From: Eledone cirrhosa
Taxonomy: Eukaryota
Assembly: GCA_964016885.1 (NCBI GenBank)
Contig: OZ024748.1
Coordinates: 54,746,001 to 54,810,000 of the forward strand
Length of the DNA stretch: 64,000 bases
Direction: 5' to 3'
Part shown: positions 53,101 to 64,000 of the stretch, one piece after another
Layout of the letters: the number at the start of each line of letters is the position of its first letter
Numbering within the stretch: position 1 is the first letter of the stretch
The notes under the pieces: model-generated
The model's input: only the letters and a program-made list of their open reading frames with translations
Told to the model about the DNA's origin: nothing
Databases searched by the model: none
Program-made: the position numbers and the translations under genes

Positions 53101-56100
53101 CCAACAGCATCTAACACCACTACGACCAACAACATCTAACACCACTACGACCAACAATATCTAACATCACTACGACCAAAAACATCAAACATCACGACGA
53201 CCAACAGCATCTAACACCAGTACGATCAACAGCATCTAACACCACTACGACCAACAACATCTAACATGACTACGACCAACAGCATCTAACACCACTACGA
53301 CCAACAACATCTAACACCACTACGACCAAAAACATCAAACATCACGACAACCAACAGCATCTAACACCACTACGACCAACAGCATCTAACACCACTACGA
53401 CCAACAACATCTAACATCACTACGACCAACAGCATCTAACACCACTACGACCAACAACATCTAACACCACTACGACCAACAACATCTAACACCACTACGA
53501 CCAACAACATCTAACATCACTACGACCAACAGCATCTAACACCACTACGACCAACAACATCTAACACCACTACGACCAACAACATCTAACACCACTACGA
53601 CCAACAACATCTAACATCACTACGACCAACATCATCTAACACCTCTACGACCAACAACATTTAACACCACTACGACCAACAACATCTAACACCACTACGA
53701 CCAACATCATCTAACACCTCTACGACCAACAACATTTAACACCACTACGACCAACAACATCTAACATCACTACGACCAACAACATTTAACACCACTACGA
53801 CCAACAACATCTAACACCACTACGACCAACAGCATCTAACACCACTTCGACCAACAACATCTAACACCACTTCGACCAACAACATCTAACATCACTACGA
53901 CCAACAGCATCTAACACCACTTCGACCAACAGCATCTAACATCACTACGACCAACAGCATCTAACATCACTACGACCAACATCATCTAACACCACTACGA
54001 CCAACATCATCTAACACCACTTCGACCAACAGCATCTAACACCACTTCGACCAACAGCATCTAACACCACTACGACCAACATCATCTAACACCACTACGA
54101 CCAACAACATCTAACATCACTACGACTAACATATTCTAACATCACTACGACCAACAACATCTAACATCACTACAACCAACATCATCTAACACCACTACGA
54201 CCAACAGCATCTAACATCACTACGACCAACAGCATCTAACATCACTACGACCAACAACATCTAACACCACTACGACCAACAGCATCTAACACCACTACGA
54301 CCAACATCATCTAACACCACTACGACCAACAACATCTAACACCACTACGACCAACAGCATCTAACACCACTACGACCAACAACATCTAACATCACTACGA
54401 CCAACAGCATATAACATCACTACGACCAACAGCATCTAACACCACTACGACCAACAACATCTAACATCACTACGACCAACAGCATCTAACACCACTACGA
54501 CCAACAGCATCTAACATCACTACGACCAACAACATCTAACATGACTACGACCAACAGCATCTAACATCACTACGACCAACAGCATCTAACACCACTACGA
54601 CCAACAACATCTAACATCACTACGACCAACAGCATCTAACACCACTACGACCAACATCATCTAACACCACTACGACCAAAAACATCAAACATCACGACAA
54701 CCAACAACATCTAACACCACTACGACCAACAACATCTAACATCACTACGACCAACAGCATCTAACACCACTACGACCAACAGCATCTAACACCACTACGA
54801 CCAACAACATCTAACATAACTACGACCAACATCATCTAACACCACTACGACCAACAGCATCTAACACCACTACGACCAACAACATCTAACATCACTACGA
54901 CCAACAGCATCTAATACCACTACGACCAACAACATCAAACACCACTACGTCCAACAAAATCTAACACCACTACGACCAACAACATCTAACATCACTACGA
55001 CCAACATCATCTAACACCACTACCACCAAAAGCATCTAACATCACTACGACCAACAGCATCTAACATCACTACGATCAACATCATCTAACACCACTACGA
55101 CCAACAGCATCTAACACCACTACGACCAACATCATCTAACACCACTACGACCAACAACATCTAACCACACTACGACCAACAGCATCTCATATCACTACGA
55201 CCAACAGCATCTAACACCACTACGACCAACAACATCTAACATCACTACGACCAACACCATCTAACATCACTACGAACAACAGCATCTAACACCACTACGA
55301 CCAACAACATCTAACATCACTACGACCAACGGCATCTAACATCACTACGACCAACAGCATCTAACATCACTACGACCAACAGCATCTCATATCACTACGA
55401 CCAACAACATCTAACACCACTACGACCAACAACATCTAACATCACTACGACCAACACCATCTAACATCACTACGAACAACAGCATCTAACACCACTACGA
55501 CCAACAACATCTAACATCACTACGACCAACGGCATCTAACATCACTACGACCAACAGCATCTAACATCACTACGACCAACAGCATCTCATATCACTACGA
55601 CCAACAGCATCTAACACCACTACGACCAACAACATCTAACATCACTAAGACCAACACCATCTAACATCACTACGAACAACAGCATCTAACACCACTACGA
55701 CCAACAACATCTAACATCACTACGACCAACGGCATCTAACATCACTACGACCAACAGCATCTAACATCACTACGACCAACAGCATCTCATATCACTACGA
55801 CCAACAACATCTAACACCACTACGACCAACAACATCTATCACCACTACGAACAACAGCATCTAACATCACTACGACCAACAGCATCTAACACCACTAAAA
55901 CCAACAACATCTAACATCACAACAGCCAACAACATCTAACATCACTACGACCAACAGCATCTAACACCACTACGACCAACAACATCTAACATCACTACGA
56001 CCAACAGCATCTAACAACACTACGACCAACAGCATCTAACATCACTACGACCAACAGCATCTAACATCACTACGACCAACGGCATCTAACACCACTACGA

Positions 56101-59100
56101 CCAACAATATCTAACATCACCACAACCAACAGCATCTAACATCACTACGACCAACAGCATCTAACATCACTACGACCAACGGCATATAACACCACTACGA
56201 CCAACAATATCTAACATCACCACAACCAACAACATCTAACACCACTACGACCAACAACATCTAACATCACTACGACCAACAACATCTAACATCACTACGA
56301 CCAACAACATCTAACACCACTACGACCAACATCATCTAACATCACTACGACCAACAGCATCTAACACCACTACGACCAACAACATCTAACACCAGTACGA
56401 CCAACAGCATCTAACATCACTACGACCAACAGCATCTAACACCACTACGACCAACATCATCTAACAACACTACGACCAACAACATCTAACAGCACTACGA
56501 CCAACAGCATCTAACACCACTACGACCAACAACATCTAACATCACTACGACCAACAGCATCTAACATCACTACGACCAACAGCATCTAACATCACTACGA
56601 CCAACAGCATCTAACATCACTACGACCAACAGCATCTAACAACACTACGACCAACACCATCTAACATCACTACGAACAACAGCATCTAACACCACTACGA
56701 CCAACAACATCTAACACCACTACGACCAACATCATCTAACATCACTACGACCAACAGCATCTAACACCACTACGACCAACAACATCTAACACCAGTACGA
56801 CCAACAGCATCTAACATCACTACGACCAATAGCATCTAACACCACTACGACCAACAACATCTAACATCACGACAACCAACAACATCTAACACCACTACGA
56901 CCAACAGCATCTAATACCACTACGACCAACAACATCTAACATCACTACGACCAACAGCATCTAACACCACTACGACCAACATCATCTAACATCACTACGA
57001 CCAACAGCATCTAACATCACTACGACCAACAGCATCTAACACCACTACGACCAACAATATCTAACATCACTACGACCAACAGCATCTAACATCACTACGA
57101 CCAACAGCATCTAACACCACTACGACCAACAACATCTAACATCACTACTACCAACAGCATCTAACACCACTACGGCCAACAACATCTAACACCACTACGA
57201 CCAACAGCATCTAACACCACTACGACCAACATCATCTAACACCACTACGACCAACAACATCAAACATCACGACAACCAACAACATCTAACACCACTACGA
57301 CCAACAACATCTAACATCACTACGACCAACAGCATCTAACACCACTACGACCAACAACATCTAACACCACTACGACCAACAATATCTAACATCACTACGA
57401 CCAACATCATCTAACACCACTACGACCAACAGCATCTAACACCACTACGACCAACAACATCTAACATAACTACGACCAACATCATCTAACACCACTACGA
57501 CCAACAGCATCTAACACCACTACGACCAACAACATCTAACATCACTACGACCAACAGCATCTAACACCACTACGACCAACATCATCTAACATCACTACGA
57601 CCAACAGCATCTAACACCACTACGACCAACAGCATCTAACACCACTACGACTAACAACATCTAACATAACTACGACCAACATCATCTAACACCACTACGA
57701 CCAACAGCATCTAACACCACTACGACCAACAACATCTAACATCACTACGACCAACAGCATCTAACACCACTACGACCAACAACATCAAACACCACTACGT
57801 CCAACAAAATCTAACACCACTACGACCAACAACATCTAACATCACTACGACCAACATCATCTAACACCACTACGACCAAAAGCATCTAACATCACTACGA
57901 CCAACAGCATCTAACATCACTACGATCAACATCATCTAACACCACTACGACCAACAGCATCGAACACCACTACGACCAACATCATCTAACACCACTACGA
58001 CCAACAACATCTAACCACACTACGACCAACAGCATCTCATATCACTACGACCAACAGCATCTAACACCACTACGACCAACAACATCTAACATCACTACGA
58101 CCAACACCATCTAACATCACTACGAACAACAGCATCTAACACCACTACGACCAACAACATCTAACATCACTACGACCAACGGCATCTAACATCACTACGA
58201 CCAACAGCATCTAACACCACTAAAACCAACAACATCTAACATCACGACAGCCAACAACATCTAACATCACTACGACCAACAGCATCTAACACCACTACGA
58301 CCAACAACATCTAACATCACTACGACCAACAGCATCTAACACCACTACGACCAACAGCATCTAACATCACTACGACCAACAGCATCTAACATCACTACGA
58401 CCAACAGCATCTAACACCACTACGACCAACAATATCTAACATCACTACGACCAACAGCATCTAACATCACTACGACCAACAGCATCTAACACCACTACGA
58501 CCAACAACATCTAACATCACTACTACCAACAGCATCTAACACCACTACGGCCAACAACATCTAACACCACTACGACCAACAGCATCTAACACCACTACGA
58601 CCAACATCATCTAACACCACTACGACCAACAACATCAAACATCACGACAACCAACAACATCTAACACCACTACGACCAACAACATCTAACATCACTACGA
58701 CCAACAGCATCTAACACCACTACGACCAACAACATCTAACACCACTACGACCAACAATATCTAACATCACTACGACCAACATCATCTAACACCACTACGA
58801 CCAACAGCATCTAACACCACTACGACCAACAACATCTAACATAACTACGACCAACATCATCTAACACCACTACGACCAACAGCATCTAACACCACTACGA
58901 CCAACAACATCTAACATCACTACGACCAACAGCATCTAACACCACTACGACCAACATCATCTAACATTACTACGACTAACAGCATCTAACATCACTACGA
59001 CCAACAGCATCTAACACCACTATGACCAACAATATCTAACATCACTACGAACAACAGCATCTAACATCACTACGACCAACATCATCTAACATCACTACTA

Positions 59101-62100
59101 CCAACAACATCTAACATCACTACGACCAACAATATCTAACATCACTACGACCAACATCATCTAACACCACTACGACCAACAGCATCTAACACCACTACGA
59201 CCAACAACATCTAACATCACTACGACCAACAGCATCTAACACCACTACGACCAACAACATCAAACACCACTACGTCCAACAATATCTAACACCACTACGA
59301 CCAACAACATCTAACATCACTACGACCAACAACATCTAACATCACTACGACCAACAACATCTAACATCACTACGACCAACAGCATCTAACATCACTACGA
59401 CCAACGGCATCTAACACTACTACGACCAACAATATCTAACATCACCACAACCAACAACATCTAACACCACTACGACCAACAACATCTAACATCACTACGA
59501 CCAACAACATCTAACATCACTACGACCAACAACATCTAACACCACTACGACCAACATCATCTAACATCACTACGACCAACAGCATCTAACACCACTACGA
59601 CCAACAACATCTAACACCAGTACGACCAACAGCATCTAACATCACTACGACCAACAGCATCTAACACCACTACGACCAACATCATCTAACAACACTACGA
59701 ACAACAGCATCTAACACCACTACGACCAACAACATCTAACACCACTACGACCAACATCATCTAACATCACTACGACCAACAGCATCTAACACCACTACGA
59801 CCAACAACATCTAACACCAGTACGACCAACAGCATCTAACATCACTACGACCAACAGCATCTAACACCACTACGACCAACAACATCTAACATCACGACAA
59901 CCAACAACATCTAACACCACTACGACCAACAGCATCTAATACCACTACGACCAACAACATCTAACATCACTACGACCAACAGCATCTAACACCACTACGA
60001 CCAACAGCATCTAACATCACTACGACCAACAGCATCTAACATCACTATGACCAACAGCATCTAACACCACTACGACCAACAATATCTAACATCACTACGA
60101 CCAACAGCATCTAACACCACTACGACCAACAGCATCTAACACCACTACGACCAACAACATCTAACATCACTACTACCAACAGCATCTAACACCACTACGG
60201 CCAACAACATCTAACACCACTACGACCAACAGCATCTAACACCACTACGACCAACATCATCTAACACCACTACGACCAACAACATCAAACATCACGACAA
60301 CCAACAACATCTAACACCACTACGACCAACAACATCTAACATCACTACGACCAACAGCATCTAACACCACTACGACCAACAACATCTAACACCACTACGA
60401 CCAACAATATCTAACATCACTGCGACCAACATCATCTAACACCACTACGACCAACAACATCTAACATAACTACGACCAACATCATCTAACACCACTACGA
60501 CCAACAGCATCTAACACCACTACGACCAACAACATCTAACATCACTACGACCAACAGCATCTAACACCACTACGACCAACATCATCTAACATTACTACGA
60601 CCAACAGCATCTAACATCACTACGACCAACAGCATCTAACACCACTATGACCAACAATATCTAACATCACTACGAACAACAGCATCTAACATCACTACGA
60701 CCAACATCATCTAACATCACTACTACCAACAACATCTAACATCACTACGACCAACAATATCTAACATCACTACGACCAACATCATCTAACACCACTACGA
60801 CCAACAGCATCTAACACCACTACGACCAACAACATCTAACATCACTACGACCAACAGCATCTAACACAACTACGACCAACAACATCAAACACCACTACGT
60901 CCAACAACATCTAACATCACTACGACCAACAACATCTAACATCACTACGACCAACAACATCTAACATCACTACGACCAACAACATCTAACATCACTACGA
61001 CCAACAACATCTAACACCAGTACGACCAACAACATCTAACATCACTACGACCAACAACATCTAACACCAGTACGACCAACAGCATCTAACATCACTACGA
61101 CCAACAGCATCTAACACCATTACGACCAACAACATCTAACATCACGACAACCAACAACATCTAACACCACTACGACCAAAAGCATCTAACACCACTACGA
61201 CCAACAACATCTAACATCACTACGACCAACAGCATCTAACACCACTACGACCAACAGCATCTAACATCACTACGACCAACAGCATCTAACATCACTACGA
61301 CCAACAGCATCTAACACCACTACGACCAACAATATCTAACATCACTACGAACAACAGCATCTAACATCACTACGACCAACATCATCTAACATCACTACTA
61401 CCAACAACATCTAACATCACTACGACCAACATCATCTAACACCACTACGACCAACAGCATCTAACATCACTACGACGAACAGCATCTAACATCACTACGA
61501 CCAACATCATCTAACACCACTACGACCAACAGCATCTAACATCACTACGACCAACAGCATCTAACACCACTACGACCAACAACATCTAATATCACTACGA
61601 CCAACACCATCTAACATCACTACGAACAACAGCATCTAACACCACTACGACCAACAACATCTAACACCACTACGACCAACATCATCTAACATCACTACGA
61701 CCAACAGCATCTAACACCACTACGACCAACATCATCTAACATCACTACGACCAACAGCATCTAACATCACTACGACCAACAGCATCTAACACCACTACGA
61801 CCAACAATATCTAACATCACTACGACCAACAGCATCTAACATCACTACGACCAACAGAATCTAACACCACTACGACCAACAACATCTAACATCACTACGA
61901 CCAACATCATCTAACATCACTACGACCAACAACATCTAACATCACTACGCCCAACAGCATCTAACATCACTACGACCAACATCATCTAACATCACTACTA
62001 CGAACAACATCTAACATCACTACGACCAACAACATCTAACATCACTACGACCAACATCATCTAACACCACTACGACCAACAGCATCTAACATCACTACGA

Positions 62101-64000
62101 CCAACAGAATCTAACATCACTACGACCAACATCATCTAACACCACTACAACCAACAGCATCTAACACCACTACGACCAACAACATCTAACATCACTACGA
62201 CCAACACCATCTAACATCACTACGAACAACAGCATCTAACATCACTACGACCAACAGCATCTAACATCACTACGACCAACAGCATCTAACACCACTACGA
62301 CCAACAACATCTAACACCACTACAACCAACAGCATCTAACACCACTTCGACCAACAACATCTACCACCACTACGACCAACATCATCTAACATCACTACGA
62401 CCAACAGCATCTAACACCACTACGACCAACAACATCTAACATCACTACGACCAACATCATCTAACACCACTACGACCAACAACATCTAACATCACTACGA
62501 CCAACAGCATCTAACATCACTACGACCAACAGCATCTAACATCACTACGACCAACAGCATCTAAGACCACTACGACCAACAACATCTAACATCACGACAA
62601 CCAACAACATCTAACACCACTACGACCAACAACATCTAACACCACTACGACCAACAGCATCTAACACCAGTACGACCAACAACATCTAACATCACTACGA
62701 CCAACAGCATCTAACATCACTACGACCAACAGCATCTAACACCACTACAACCAACAGCATCTAACACCAGTACGACCAACAACATCTAACATCCCTACGA
62801 CCATCAGCATCTAACATCACTACGACCAACAGCATCTAACATCACTACGACCAACAGCATCTAACACCACTACGACCAACAATATCTAACATCACTACGA
62901 ACAACAGCATCTAACATCACTACGACCAACATCATCTAACACCACTACGACCAACAGCATCTAACATCACTACGACCAACAGCATCTAACACCACTACGA
63001 CCAACAATATCTAACATCACTACGAACAACAGCATCTAACATCACTACGACCAACATCATCTAACATCACTACTACCAACAACATCTAACATCACTACGA
63101 CCAACAACATCAAACATCACGACAACCAACAACATCTAACACCACTACGACCAACAGCATCTAACATCACTACGACGAACAGCATCTAACATCACTACGA
63201 CCAACATCATCTAACACCACTACGACCAACAGCATCTAACATCACTACGACCAACACCATCTAACATTACTACGAACAACAGCATCTAACACCACTACGA
63301 CCAACAACATCTAACACCACTACGACCAACATCATCTAACATCACTACGACCAACAGCATCTAACACCACTACGACCAACAGCATCTAAGACCACTACGA
63401 CCAACATCATCTAACATCACTACGACCAACAGCATCTAACATCACTACGACCAACAGCATCTAACACCACTACGACCAACAATATCTAACATCACTACGA
63501 CCAACAGCATCTAACATCACTACGACCAACAGCATCTAACACCACTACGACCAACAACATCTAACATCACTACGACCAACATCATCTAACATCACTACGA
63601 CCAACAACATCTAACATCACTACGACCAACATCATCTAACACCACTACGACCAACAACATCTAACATAACTACGACCAACATCATCTAACACCACTACGA
63701 CCAACAGCATCTAACACCACTACAACCAACAGCATCTAACACCACTACGACCAACAACATCTAACATCACTACGACCAACACCATCTAACATCACTACGA
63801 ACAACAGCATCTAACATCACTACGACCAACAGCATCTAACATCACTACGACCAACAGCATCTAACACCACTACGACCAACAACATCTAACACCACTACGA
63901 CCAACAGCATCTAACACCACTTCGACCAACAACATCTACCACCACTACGACCAACAACATCTAACATCACTACGACCAACAGCATCTAACACCACTACGA
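50191..64000. repeat. 25-bp satellite array, about 552 units, running off the window end
   Basis: Consensus A(C/T)CACTACGACCAACA(A/G/T)CATCTAAC; same phase at 50191 and 63991 (13,800 = 552 x 25). Confidence 0.98.

Noticed and set aside
50191-64000. Mucin-like Thr/Ser exon, CRISPR array or telomere
   Set aside because: The unit is 25 bp with TAA (+) and TAG (-) hitting every frame; no unique spacers; CTAAC is not a (CCCTAA)n telomeric array

Overview
This is non-coding, AT-rich eukaryotic DNA with no credible protein-coding gene; the supplied ORFs are translations of microsatellites, minisatellites or SINEs. The repeat content suggests an octopus (coleoid cephalopod) genome, which is an inference. 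Positions 1-50,190 are a mosaic of (TA)n/(CA)n/(GA)n/(GGT)n tracts, about 20 copies or fragments of a tRNA-derived SINE (several with clear TSDs), other SINEs, hAT, Tc1/mariner and piggyBac-type MITEs, a decayed tRNA-Ser(AGA) gene and several minisatellites. Positions 50,191-64,000 are a 25-bp satellite of about 552 units with no net indel and visible higher-order duplications. The main hidden signal is a set of at least eight sequence-unrelated type I hammerhead ribozyme motifs (CUGANGA-stem II-GAAA-stem III-UH, closed by stem I). Five are essentially canonical and three are variants with U.U at the base of stem II. They lie in short non-coding cassettes embedded in (TA)n tracts and mostly carry fold-back inverted duplications. 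This looks like a diverse population of (TA)n-associated, ribozyme-bearing non-autonomous retroelements (Penelope-like or retrozyme-like). Folding was done by eye and activity is untested.
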